64,000 nucleotides of DNA, taken from contig CM126230.1 of the NCBI GenBank assembly GCA_052327205.1, positions 16,740,001-16,804,000 of the forward strand. The letters are read 5' to 3'. The DNA is from Somniosus microcephalus. Taxonomy: Eukaryota. Shown piece after piece: positions 48,701 to 60,139 of this stretch. The number at the start of each line of letters is the position of its first letter. Within the stretch, counting starts at the first letter, position 1. Both the position numbers and the translations under genes were made by a program. Below the pieces are notes generated by a model. It was not told the origin of the DNA, did not search any database, and worked only from the letters and a program-made list of their open reading frames with translations.

Positions 48701-49739
48701 TGTCAGAGCTGCATGAGTCGATTAGTGCACTCAAAATGTGTCCATTTACCGAAACCTTCGTGGCTGCATGGGACAGGCTTTGGGGAAAAACAACTGTGAT
48801 GGGAGGAGGAGCAGTTTTACCCTTGACAGTTGTAACCTTAGTAGTGGCTCTTGGGGGAGGAGCAGTTTTATAGATAGCAGCTGTAACCTTAGTAGTGGCT
48901 CTTGGGGGAGGAGCGGTTTTATAGGTAGCAGCTGCAAAATGAACAGGGGCTCTTGACTGGTATACCTTAGAAAAGTAACCTTTCTTACTGCAATGATTGC
49001 AGGTTGCGTTACGAGCAGGACAAAATTTCCTAGGAATGCACCTCCATTTCCTTCCAGATTGCCAAGATGCCACTAGGGCAGGGTCGTCATCAGTGAGGGC
49101 TTCTAGGGTAGGGTCATCATCAGCTAGGACAGAGTCGTCATCAGTAAGGGCTTCCGCCCGAGGCCCATTGGAGGAGTCACCAAAAGTGATAGCAGTTGGC
49201 CGTGCACATGGTAAAAGATAGGCATCTGCAATTTTTTTGCTGTCCAGAGAACATGCTTGGTCATAGGCAACTTGTAACTTGAGGGTTTTATTCTCCAACA
49301 GACGCTGGCGTATGAAGGGAGATGCAATTCCATTAATAAAGGAATCACGAATTACCTCCTCCTGGTACTGCTCAGCTGAGACAGCTTTGAGATTACAATC
49401 CTTGCTGAGCCTGCGAAGCATTTGAAGGAATTCGTCAAGTGATACCTCGGGTTGTTGTCGAGTTGTGGCCAGTGGATGCCAAGCAAAAATGTTGTTTCAG
49501 GCCTTAACATATAATTGCTGTAGTATTTGGATAGCGGAGTCACAGTCTACACAATCTTCGATATAGTCAAACACATGAGGGGATACATAATTGGCAAGTA
49601 TCTCTAACTTATCAGGAACATTCTCGCCACACACCCTGAAGAAGTTGCTGAAGGTACGATACCAGTGTTTCCATACCTTAGCAGTTGTAGGTGAATTGGG
49701 GTCCAGGTCAAGACGGGCAGGTTGGAGTCGTTTCTCCAT
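45781..49739 (-). pseudogene. Gypsy gag-pol, disrupted by frameshifts
   Basis: gag MEKRLQPARLDLDP...WKHW, knuckle CNHCSKKGY, PR ALIDSCSSDSFI, RT RLCIDY/FDLKSAYHQ/YRDN, RH CDAS...TDQ, IN HTDLCH...CRIC, IDFKGP, SDRG, NGQVER. Confidence 0.93.
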
Positions 49740-49800
49740 GATGGATTGATTACTACCTCTGGTTCCCTTCTACCGTTTCAGTCATAGCTGTCTGTTCCCA

Positions 49801-49903
49801 AAACATAGAAACATAGAAGCTAGGAGCAGGAGTAGGCCATTCGGCCCTTCGAGCCTGCTCCGCCATTCAATGCGATCATGGCTGATCATCCAAGTTCAGT
49901 ACC
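49801..49903 (-). mobile_element. CR1 3' tail inside the Gypsy 5' leader
   Basis: aaacatagaaacatagaagctaggagcaggagtaggccattcggccc... is the reverse complement of the CR1 tail. Confidence 0.85.
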
Positions 49904-49955
49904 AAGTACCCGGTCCAAAACCACTCAGTGTGGAGCAGCAAACAGTAGATTAAAT

Positions 49956-50182
49956 TGATGTAAGAAAACTACTAGGTACTTGGTCTGAATATTAAACAAG
50001 GCTTTAATCAACTGTTTCACAACATGGAGGTCTAGTTGTCCTTCACTAGATCCTGTTTACAAAATGTCCTGAGCAAGCTGGGACCGTGCCCGAGTATTTA
50101 TACTCTCCCTGGACAGCGCCACCAGCAGGCTGCCCAGTATTATTTCATAGTTATTTCTACATGAATGGCAAGATTCATGTCA
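49956..50182 (-). repeat. 5' LTR of the Gypsy element
   Basis: TG...CA termini, - strand TATAAATA at 50095-50102 and ATTAAA at 50003-50008. Confidence 0.95.
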
Positions 50183-53100
50183 GTAGCATTGCTGGTTAAA
50201 GAGGAGATTAACACAATAGTAAGGAAGGATATCAGCTCTGATGATGTGGAATCTGTATGGGCAGAGCTGAGAAATACAAAGGGGCAGAAAACATTAGTGG
50301 GAGTTGTATACAGACCCCCAAACAGTAATGCTGAAGGTTGGGGATGGCATTAAATGGGAAATTAGAGACGCGTGCAATAAGGGCACAGCAGTTATCATGG
50401 GTGACTTTAATCTACATATAGATTGGGCTAACCAAATTAGTAACAATACTGTGGAGGAGGAATTCCTAGAGTATATACGGGATGGTTTCCTGGACACTAA
50501 TGTCAAGGAACCAACTAGAGATCAGGCCATCTTAGACTGGGTATTATGTAATGAGAAAGGATTAATTAGCAATCTTGTTGTGCGATGACCCTTGGGGAGG
50601 AGCGATCATAATATGATAGAATTCTTCATTAAAATGGAGAGTGAAGTAGTTGACTCAGAGATTAGGGTCCTGAATTTAAATAAAGGAAACTGCAATGGTA
50701 TGAGGCACGAGTTGGCTAGGATGGATTGGGGAATGTTACTTAAAGGGTTGATGGTGAATAGGCAATGGCAAACATTTAAAGATCGCATGGATGAACTACA
50801 GAATTTGTTCATCCCTGTTTGGCATAAAAATAAAACAAAAAAGGTGACTCAACCGTGGCTAACAAGGGAAATTAGGGATAGCATAAGATCCAAGGAGAGG
50901 TCATATAATTTGGCCAGAAAAAGCAGCAAACCTGAGGATTGGGAGCAGTTTAAGATTCAGCATAGGAGGACAAAGGGATTAATTAAGAGGGGGAAAATAG
51001 ATTATGAGAGTAAGCTTTCAGGGAACATAAAAACTGACTGTAAAAGCTTCTATAGATATGTGAAGAGAAAAAGATTGGTGAAGTTAAGCGTAGGTCCCTT
51101 GCAGTCAGAATCAGGGGAATTTATAATGGGGAACAAATAAACGGCAGACCAATTAAATACATACTTTGGTTCTGTCTTCACAAAGGAGGACACAAATAAC
51201 CTCCTTGAGATGTCGGGGAACATAGGGTCTAATGAGAGGGAGGAATTGAATGAAATCAGTATTTGTAGGGAAATGGTGTTAGGGAAATTGACGGGATTGA
51301 AGGCCGATAAATCCCCAGGGCCTGATAATCTACATCCTAGGGTACTTAAGGAAGTGGCCCTAGAAATAGTAGATGCATTGCTGGTCATCTTCCAAAATTC
51401 TATAGACTCTGGAACAGTTCCCATGGATTGGAGGATAGCTAATGTAACCCCACTATTTAAAAAAGGTGGTAGAGAGAAAACGGGGAATTCTAGACTGGTA
51501 AGCCTGACATCGGTATCTGGGAAAATGCTGGAGTCCATTATAAAAGATGTAATAGCAGAGCACTTGGAAAACCGTGACGGGATCGGACAAAGACAACATG
51601 GATTTACAAAAGGTAAATCATGCTTGACTAATCTACTGGAATTTTTTGAGGATGTAACTGGTAGAATAGATAAGGGAGAACCAGTGGATGTGATGTATTT
51701 GGACATTCAGAAGGCTTTTGATAAGGTCCCGCATAAGAGATTAGCATGCAAAGTTAAAGCACACGGGATTGGGGGTAAGGTACTGTATTGGATTGAGAAT
51801 TGGTTGGCAGACAGGAAGCAAAGAGTTAGAATAAACGGGTCTTTTTTCGAGTGGCAGGCAGTAACTAGTGGGGTACCGCAGGGATTGGTGCTAGGACCCC
51901 AGCTATTCACAATATATATAAATGATCTAGACGAGGGAACTAGATGTAATATCTCCAAGTTTGCAGACGACACAAAGCTGGCTGGGCGTGTGTGCTGTGA
52001 GGAGGATGCAGAGAAACTCCAGTATGATTTGGACAGGTTGGGTGATTGGGCAGATGCATGGCAAATGCAGTATAATGTGGATAAATGCGAGGTTATCCAC
52101 TTCAATGGCAAAAACAGGAAGACAGATTATTATCTGAATGGCAATAGATTGGGAGAAGGGGAAGTGCAACGAGACCTGGGTGTCTTGTGCACCAGTCACT
52201 GAATGTAAGCATGCAGGTGCAGCAGGCGGTTAAGAAGGCAAATAGTATGTTGGCCTTCATAGCGAGAGGATTTGAGTACAGGAGCAAGGATGTCTTGCTG
52301 CAGTTGTACAGGGCCTTGGTGAGACCACACCTTGTGTGCAGTTTTGGTCACCTTATCTGAGGAAGGATGTGCTTGCCATGGAGGGAGTGCAGCGAAGATT
52401 CACCAGGCTGATACCTGGGATGGCAGGAATGACGTATGAGGAGAGATTGGGTCGATTGGGCTTATACTCGCTGGAGTTTAGAAGAATGAGAGGGGATCTC
52501 ATTGAAACTTATAAAATTCTAAAAGGACTAGACAGACTAGATGCAGGAAGGATGTTCCCAATGGTGGGGGAGTCCAGCACCGGGGTCACAGGCTAAGGAT
52601 AAGGGGTAAGCCATTTAGGACAGAAATGAGGAGGAATTTCTTCACCCAGAGAGTGGTGAACCTGTGGAATTCTCTACCACACAAGGCAGTTGAGGCCAAT
52701 TCATTAAATATATTCAAGAAGGAGTTAGATATATTTCTTAAGGCTAAAGGAATCAAGGGATACGATGAGAAAGCAGGTACTGAATTTGGATGATCAGCCA
52801 TGATCTCATTAAATGGCAGAACAGTCTCGGGCCGAATGGCCTACTCCTGCTCCTATCTTCTATGTCTATGTTTATATTCTATACCTCGGGATAAAACTAG
52901 AATTCCATTAGCTTCGTTTTTTTTACAGCCTTATCAACCTGTGGTGCTGCCTTAATGTCCTGTGGACCGGTGACCCAAATCCCTCTGCTCTTCCCCAGCA
53001 CCGAGCCTACTTCCATTCAGAGTATAATTACTGCTGTTCTCTTTTACCAAAATGTATCACCTCACACTTATTCTTCCGTATCTCAGATTTTACAAGTGGA

Positions 53101-53279
53101 CTGGATTACTTTGGGTCAGATTTGGGCCATCTCAAGTTTTCCAGATTCTGTTTGTACAGTTCGTGAGGGCAGAGGATATCTGAGCTAGTGCCACAAATGT
53201 TCCCAAAGTGCCGTTTAGGCGATTCCTTATTTGGGGCAAATTCATTTCCATCGCGGGGCCCCAGCTGACAGACTTCGCT

Positions 53280-53410
53280 AATATAAAAATAGAAAATGCT
53301 AGAAACACTCACCAGCTGAAGCAGCATCTGTGGAGAGAGAAACAGAGCGAACGTTTCAGGTCGATGACCTTTTATATCAGATTTCCAGCATCCTCAGTAT
53401 TTTGCTTTTG
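53280..53410. mobile_element. Penelope-like repeat fragment
   Basis: agaaaatgctagaaacactcacc...gcagcatctgtggagagagaaacagag...aacgtttcaggtcgatgacc, similar to 1805-1920, with an inverted tail. Confidence 0.55.
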
Positions 53411-53689
53411 TGACAGATTTCTCTGTAGCAGTAATCATTTCTAAGTATTTATGAGCTTTGTGGCTATGGTGTTGCGACTGGCGCAAAAGAAATGACTCAA
53501 GTGGGGAAAATGTCGCCATTGCTTAAGAGAGTTTACGTGACCATCTTAGTCACCAGCCAGAGGATAAGTAACAGATGTCAGTACGTAACGGGAGCTCTGT
53601 TGGTGTATTCATGCCTACAGGGTTGGTGGAGTCTTGTCATTTTCACACTGGTTAAAATGAGCTGTTCCAATGGTTTTAGTGGGTCGCAC

Positions 53690-53920
53690 TGAACCTTACA
53701 GCCCAGAAGGTCGCAGCTTGCACTCCTCATCTGTTAGCTGATCACAACTGGGCGAACTGCTGGGGCTCAACAGTAGGCCTGGGCTGGGCTGGGGGTGGGG
53801 GGGGAGAGGACAATAGCCAGCCTGTGCTCCTGCTGCTGACCACCATCCACTGCCCCCTGCTGGAAGTGCATGGGTGTGACGGTGTCCAGCTTGGCTGCCA
53901 GCATTCTCTGTCTGGACTGG
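53690..53920 (+). mobile_element. AmnSINE2-like SINE remnant
   Basis: gttagctgatc...ctcctgctg...ccccctgctggaagtgc blocks shared with 59560-59920. Confidence 0.45.
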
Positions 53921-54089
53921 CGCGTGAAAGATTGCCACTTTGGTGAAGTATTGGAAGGCTGCAGATACTCAGAATGGAGGCGCGATTGCTGAGTCGGTGC
54001 CGGGAGGAGAGGGGAGGGGAGGGAAGAGTAGAGAAGCAAAATCAATGCAGTCGAGAGTGCTATTTTTAGGCAAGTACAGTACTGGCATG

Positions 54090-54255
54090 CAGTGTTCCCA
54101 TTAAGCTGCGTGGCCGTGCAGTGGTCTGGAGGTCCCGCGCAGGCCGCTCGCCGGCGTTTAAATGGAAAAAAACCCGCGCATGCGCGATAATTTGAATGGG
54201 CCACACAACTCGTTTAAAGGGGCTGTGCACCCAAAAAACATTAGTGAGAACATTG
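54090..54255. mobile_element. hAT-type MITE, copy 2
   Basis: TIRs CAGTGTTCCC / GAGAACATTG, 8-bp TSD ctggcatg/ctggaatg, shares internal gcgcatgcgcg...tttgaatgggcc with copy 1. Confidence 0.82.
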
Positions 54256-54344
54256 CTGGAATGCTTTAGCAGCTGTCTGGGGGTGTGTTGCTGTGAGCCA
54301 ACACTGCACCACAGGAGACCCATGGAGTAGCTGTGACACAGTTA

Positions 54345-54598
54345 CACAGAACACAGAAACCCCACAGTGCAGATAGAGGCCATTTCGGCCCATCGAGCCT
54401 GCACCGACACATATCCCACCCGATCCCCATAACCAACACATATCCCACCCTATCCCCGTATTTAATCCCCCTAACACTAAGGGTCAATTTATCATAGCCA
54501 ATCAACCTAACCCGCACATCTTTGGACTGTGGGAGGAAACCGGAGCACCCGGAGGAAACCCACGCAAACACGGGGAGAATGTGCAAACTCCACACAGA
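54345..54598 (-). mobile_element. HE1-type V-SINE (5'-truncated)
   Basis: V domain gtggagtttgcacattctccccgtgtttgcgtgggtttcctccgggtgctccggtttcctcccacagtccaaagatgtg plus CR1-like tail gggccgaaatggcct. Confidence 0.9.
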
Positions 54599-55446
54599 TT
54601 ACATCCAAAAGCTTCATTGTCTGTAAGAAATATTCCACCAAACTCTGTGGTGTTTGTGTAAATCCTTGACTTAGTTTACAATCTGCACTCAAGGCTCCTC
54701 TTCCAGATTGTGAAACTATTGTAGGGATTACAGGGGCTCAGTAGTGATATCCTCCATTGCTCTCCTGTGTTGCTGAGGCAAGAATGAATAAAAAGATGGG
54801 CATTATTGATGGGTTTTGGCACACCAGCAGCCCCACTCTCCCGCCACATTCTGGTGAGCTGAATTCCGGATAAAGCATGCCTTTTGATTTATTGTTGTTA
54901 GATTATGGGTGCATAGAATCTATCCTTCATAACAGTTCTCAACAGAACTCCTCCTCCATAATATCTCCCTTCTATATCAGTGGAGGTGATATCATAAATT
55001 ATCCTTTATTAATCAGACTATCTTCAGAAATACAGAGAAGATGGAAATTATTTTTTGAAAAAAGGCTCGAGAACCAGGAAGTAAAAATTGGAACTATCTG
55101 ATTGGGCTGTCCGTGGAGGGGACAGTTGCCTTGGAAACAGGGCACATTTCGCGCAAGGCTGTGTATGCTTGCGACCGCTGCAGGCATCATTCCCAATTGA
55201 TCAAAAATAAATCACTCGACAGATTAAAAGGGTCAGAGGCTCCTGAAACCATCTGACTTGTGATGAATTTTACAAGGTGTTTCAGCCAATCAGAGCACTC
55301 TAGTTCCTGCCCATAATCTAATGCTGTTTTATTCAGTAATGCTCTTGTCTAATTGGTGTCTGCTGATGTTAGCTGTTGTGTTGAGCTGTGTATGTCATTG
55401 TAGTGTTGATGCCTTTCTCTCTCTTTCTGCTCTGTGTCCTCTTCAG

Positions 55447-55557
55447 AGTGGGTGCCCCTTCCATTGCTTCATCCATGCAGCCCGGAATGCTTGCTGGGCC
55501 CAGGACCACATCCCTGGCCGCTGCCACTGTAACTGCTGCTCTCTCTGCGCAGATTAG
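55447..55557 (+). CDS. LDB3: LDB3 cassette exon ([R]VGAPSIASSMQPGMLAGPRTTSLAAATVTAALSAQI[R])
   Basis: Very strong pyrimidine tract + ttcAG, donor AG|GTAC, 111 nt symmetric phase 2, open frame, Ala/Ser/Thr/Pro-rich like the LDB3 linker. Confidence 0.72.
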   Translation, partial: SGCPFHCFIHAARNACWAQDHIPGRCHCNCCSLCAD

Positions 55558-56504
55558 GTACATCATCTCCCTTCACCTTCTTCCCATCTGTCTATGTCTA
55601 CAGAAAGGATGTCACTAACAATAAAACTGGAGGCCCAGAGTGTACCAGGCAATAAATGGCTCCAGCGCACTGTGGACCACACTAATTTAACCCCTCCACC
55701 CCCAGACTCCGAGTTGATGCAAGAATCTCTTCCTTGACTATTCCAAAACTTGGAAAAGCCCCATAAATCTCCTGGAGAATGGGAAGAACCGCTCTAAATC
55801 CACCAGAATGCAGGTGAAGGTGGAAATTGAACAAGACCATCCAAACGAGCCTCCCTGCAGTTGACTGTAGGAAATTTACTTGAAAACGTGGGCCCCGAGC
55901 TACAGGGAGAGAACGTGCCTACAGCACCTGCTGAGTACTCACTGACGCTCCTATGTTTATTGCTGTGAGACGAGGTGTTAAGTATTAACAATACTCAGGC
56001 CTTTTTATAAAAGAAAAATGAATACATCGGAGAAGGCAATGGGGAGTGACTTGGTGCAGGGATGGGTGTGCCAGGTGGCAGTGGGTGGCTCATGCCAGGT
56101 GCTTCGGCTGGGTGGGGAGGTCAGTTGATTTCATGCAGGGGTGTGTGGGCTCTGTGGTGAGGGTTGCTGGTTCGGGGGCGGATGGGGGGGATGCTGGTTC
56201 GGGGGCTGGGAATCCGGTGTGCTGGTTCGGTGGTAGTAATTTTGATTTGAACCTTTTACTTAAAATGTCATGGCTTCAGGGGGGGTGAACTGGCTGCAGT
56301 GGGACTGAGCTCAGCAATACAGTAAACTGGATTAATACACACACACACAGCAGAACTTGCTTGATTGCTGAAATACCCTGGATTATAGGCTGGAAATGCC
56401 TGTTTCTGATTTTAGCAAACATTTGACACAATTGAATGAGGTCTTCTAGTTAGTGTGGGTGCGAATCATTCAAAATAAATGGTGCTGTAAGTGGAATAAT
56501 TCGC

Positions 56505-56858
56505 ACTAGGCGATGGTAATGCCATGGAATATCAAGGGGCGGTGGCTAGACTCTCTCTTGTTGGATTGTCTGGTGCAAATGTTATTTGCCACTTATCAGC
56601 CCAAGCCTGGATGTTGTCCAGGTCTTGCTGCATGCGGGCACGGACTGCTTCATATCTGTGGCATCATGAATGGAGCTGAGCACTGTGCAGTCATCAGTGA
56701 CCAGCCCCACTTCTGACTCTATGATGGAGGGGAGGTCATTGATAAAGCAACTGAAGATGGTTGGGCTTAGGACACTACCCTGAGGAACTCCTGCAACAAT
56801 GTCCTGGGGCTGAGATAATTGGCCTCCAATAACCACAACCATCTTCCTTTATGCTAGG
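56505..56858 (-). mobile_element. LINE RT internal fragment (CR1/L2 group)
   Basis: Minus ORF AGVPQGSVLSPTIFSCFINDLP...TDDCTV. Confidence 0.85.
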
Positions 56859-59559
56859 TAGTTTAGTTCTGAATTGCTCTAGCAAACAGGCAGCATAGAC
56901 ACAATGGGCCGAATGGCCACCTCCTATGCTTTTAACTTCTATTGTTTTGTGGTTCACTACACAAATGTATACACAATAGAGCACTGCTAAGTCTCCGAAG
57001 GGGTGCATAGTACAAAGGATGCAACCCGATATAATAAGGATTGTTCTTCCATTGTGAGGTTGATTGTTGAGGGAAGTGTTCCTCAGTCTACCTGATCTGA
57101 GAGTGCCTGATGGTGTCTCTGGCTTAAACAACAATCCCTAAAAATTATAAAAAATAACTTTATTGAAAACGACTGCCCAAATCCAAGTGGATTTGGGTTG
57201 AACTGGACTTGTTCAAACTGACTATAAATTTAGTTTGGTTTGGATTCAGAACCTGGATTACAGCCTACTCTTAAGATTTTTGTGACTCTGAATCTGAGGG
57301 AACAGTACTCTTAAACAAATCAGCACAAATCTCAGGTCATGTTGTGGAAGGAAGGTGTGGGAAATCCCAGGATGGGAACTCAATGTGACAGAGCACATGA
57401 AGTACTTGTTTGATCAAAATCAGACGTTAGTTTTCTTCGATATATCTGACAAATTCGGGTGTAAATAATTTCCTGCTCACTTTTAAACAGCAGGGCTACA
57501 GTAAGAGGAGTCTGTGCTCAAAAAGTTTCCAAATCCCTAGATCGTTTTTCTTTACCATCACAATGAGAATTAAAGGCGTGCAACAAAATGTTTTAATTGA
57601 GAATTCTTGAAGAGCTAAGGCCCACAGTGCAAGATCAGGGTTGAAAACAGTAGAACAAATGAGGTCAATTAAGAAATGGCCATCCGAATGGATCTTACAA
57701 CCTGGAGATTGTAAAAGGAAATGAAAACTGTGGAAAGGTAACGAGTTCCCAGTTTGAGGTCTGGGGAAACAAAGAGTTAGACAAGGGTATGTAATGCGCG
57801 TCCCCATGGCTACATAAGGGGTTGCCAAATCTGGTTGCATGTATTCTTGGAGGTTCCTCTACTCTTTCGTTTCCTCAGTGTGGGGCATGAAGCAATAGGT
57901 ACGCACGTTTGTTCCCACATTGAATTCTCATTCTCAGCTGTGCACCACCAGAGAAAGATGCGTCCCAAAACGTTACCAGCTGACTCCACATATCTTTGCA
58001 ACGCCCAGTTTGTGTCAGCGCTGCTGGCACGGGGTGCTGGTGACACCCAGTGGCAGAAGCCCAGTACTGCAGGGCTGTGCATTGACTCAAGCCCAATACA
58101 AAAGGGCTCATTCTGGGAGGCTGTCCTTCTGGCAGGGAGCCTCGCGAGAGGCAAGTGCAGGTCAGTAGCCCCAACTGCCCACTCCTTGATACCACCAGGG
58201 ATCCATGGAGCAGCGTTACCCCATCGATCTCAAAACTGATGAGTTGTGAAGCAAAGTTGTCATAATCTATGATGACACAGTAGCAAGTTTTGGCCGATGT
58301 GTTGTTTGTTGCCTTCCTGGAAGCTTCAAGCTGCTTAAAAGAAAAAATCCCAACTGTAGGCTCCTTTTTATATTGGTGCCAGGGCTCTGTGAAAGAGGAA
58401 GCCTTCAGTGTCCGAGCACCACTCTCCCTATTTAATGAGCGTGTGTGCCCTTGACTCTGCTGGAGGGCCAGTCAAATGAAACCTGCATCTCTGACTTGAA
58501 AAAACAGCTATTGGGCCACGTCGTTTGGCACAGGGTTTGGCCCCTGGGTGTGCTGCCACCGGTTGTCCGTGGCATGCAGGCAATGTCCCTGGCACCCCGG
58601 TCACATCACTTCACTCTGGCCCTTGTTAATGTCTCTGCCACAATAACTTGGCAGAATCGAGCGGCCGCAATCACTTCACCTCACCGCTATTGTCAGCCTC
58701 ACTCTCCAGCTTGGCTGTATTTTTTAATGTCATCACTCTTGTCTTCACCGGCTAGTCTGATGGCTACCACCGCACAAGCAGAGCACAGTCACCAGACTGG
58801 AATCAAAAAACAGTCCTCCTTATCTGTGCCTTCCTGAGAATTCTGAATGGAGCTAATCTAAGGGAAGGAAACGACAGGGGATTGTCAGGAAAAAGCCCAG
58901 CATCTTCTAAAACATGAAGCACATTACTGCACTAAAAATTATCTTATCACACTGCCTATTTACAATATTTCTGTGGGAACAGTGTCCTTTAAATGTAACG
59001 CTCCTTAAGCAAACAACTGTTTCTCTTCATTTTGTTGCCAGCTTAAAAATGTGTTTTTTACTCTCTTCAAAATTCAGTGAACAAATGATGCAATGCGTTT
59101 AAACTAAAAAAAAAAAGGTTTCCATTTTGGGGTTTTACTGGGGTTGTACCTGCGTGTGATCTGACCTCTCCATCGATAGATCAGCATGGTCAGGAAGCAA
59201 ACCATCCTTGTCCTTTTTAAGCCAGATGTTCACCAGAAGAAAGTTGTGATTTTTGGGGGAGTTGGATGCTGTGTGTGCATTGTCTGACAATTAATGCAAC
59301 TGTTGCCGTCCAAGAATCTGGAACAAGGTCTGGTCAAAGTATAGCATGAATGTTTTATTTTATGGGGTTTATCGTTTTATCCCTGAAAGGTTGTCCTTTC
59401 TTGTTGCATATTGGGCCTTTTCTGCCCCCTTCCACCATGCACCATTCCTAAATCAAGCAAGGGTCCTGCTTGCATGCTATTATGAATGGTGTTCTTGAGT
59501 TGGCTGTGAAGAGATGTCGAGAGCACGTTGAGTCCAAGGAGACATCTGGTGGCTGTTTG

Positions 59560-59920
59560 TCAGCTGGGAAATCCTCACTCGTTCAGTGAGGGTGCAAAGT
59601 TTGTTGTGCTACTGCGCCACACAGACCAGGATTGTCCTGTGTTGAATTCCTGGTCTTTGCCGAGTTATCTGAGCTCGGCTGGGGGCAGCAGTTGGGTTGT
59701 GACAGTTGGCCTCAGTGCCCCTGGGCTGGGTTCCTTCTCCTGATGGTTGTCTGGTGACCCCTGCTGGACCGTACGTTTGAGTGCATGTGAGGCGGAGGGC
59801 TGGATTGGGCTCAGCTGTGATGCCCTCGATGGTCAAATAGCCTGGCAGCACTCACGATCTAGGGTCACTGATAAAGAACGGTTGCTTAAGCTTGGTACTG
59901 GAGGGTAGTGTGTGCCAGCA
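59560..59920 (+). mobile_element. AmnSINE2-like tRNA SINE
   Basis: B-box-like gttgaattcc, gagttatctgagctcggctggg, ttggcctcagtgcccctggg, gtgacccctgctgg, gctcagctgtgatgccc. Family name from recall. Confidence 0.6.
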
Positions 59921-60010
59921 AAAGTCAGGAGAGCAACGAACCAAACTGGTGAAATGAATGTTATCATCTTCATAATACGTGTGTGTTTTTCTTTAATTCT
60001 TTGTGGGTAG

Positions 60011-60139
60011 ATTCGGTGTCAGCCCACCCAAACCACGGACTGCCTTGGAGGCGATTCGTATAACTCCACTCATCAACGCGCCTTCTTTACCCAAACGAAC
60101 CAGGCCTAGTTCTATTCCTCCGGGAAAAGCAAACCTGAG
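60011..60139 (+). CDS. LDB3: LDB3 cassette exon ([R]FGVSPPKPRTALEAIRITPLINAPSLPKRTRPSSIPPGKANL[R])
   Basis: ttttctttaattctttgtgggtAG acceptor, AG|GTAC donor, 129 nt symmetric phase 2, open and Pro-rich. Confidence 0.7.

Larger units (their letters stand above)
45553..50182 (-). mobile_element. Complete but decayed Ty3/Gypsy LTR retrotransposon (Mag-like gag)
   Basis: Two ~228-bp TG...CA LTRs, 5-bp TSD GTAGC (45548-45552 and 50183-50187), PPT, domain order gag-PR-RT-RH-IN. Confidence 0.97.
45181..52790 (+). pseudogene. CR1 ORF2 (APE endonuclease + RT), split by LTR element, with stops and frameshifts
   Basis: NARSIHNK, GITETWL, GGGVA|LLVKE (split at the insertion), GVVYRPP, MGDFN, SDHN, KSPGPDNLHPRVLKE, QHGF, YLDIQKAFDKV, GVPQGLVLGP, FADD. 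Confidence 0.93.
44240..52872 (+). mobile_element. Near full-length CR1/HER1-type LINE (interrupted by Gypsy)
   Basis: ORF1, APE endonuclease, RT and tail ggccgaatggcctactcctgctcctatcttctatgtctatgtt occur in the expected order. Confidence 0.95.
43675..53075 (-). mobile_element. Old CR1 fragment split into 43675-44235 and 52873-53075 by the large CR1 insertion
   Basis: Degenerate CR1 RT sequence (cccaatactgcacag...ttttacat) continues after 52872 (tatattctatacctc...ccttatcaacctg), matching the order seen at 41740-41900. Confidence 0.65.

Noticed and set aside
45553-50182. Endogenous retrovirus or domesticated gag/integrase gene
   Set aside because: No env, Gypsy-type domains, and multiple frameshifts and stops.
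57938-58160. Exon-like segment (ttctcAG...CAG|GTCAGT)
   Set aside because: Stop in the phase-2 frame, other frames incompatible with flanking exons, no LDB3-like peptide.
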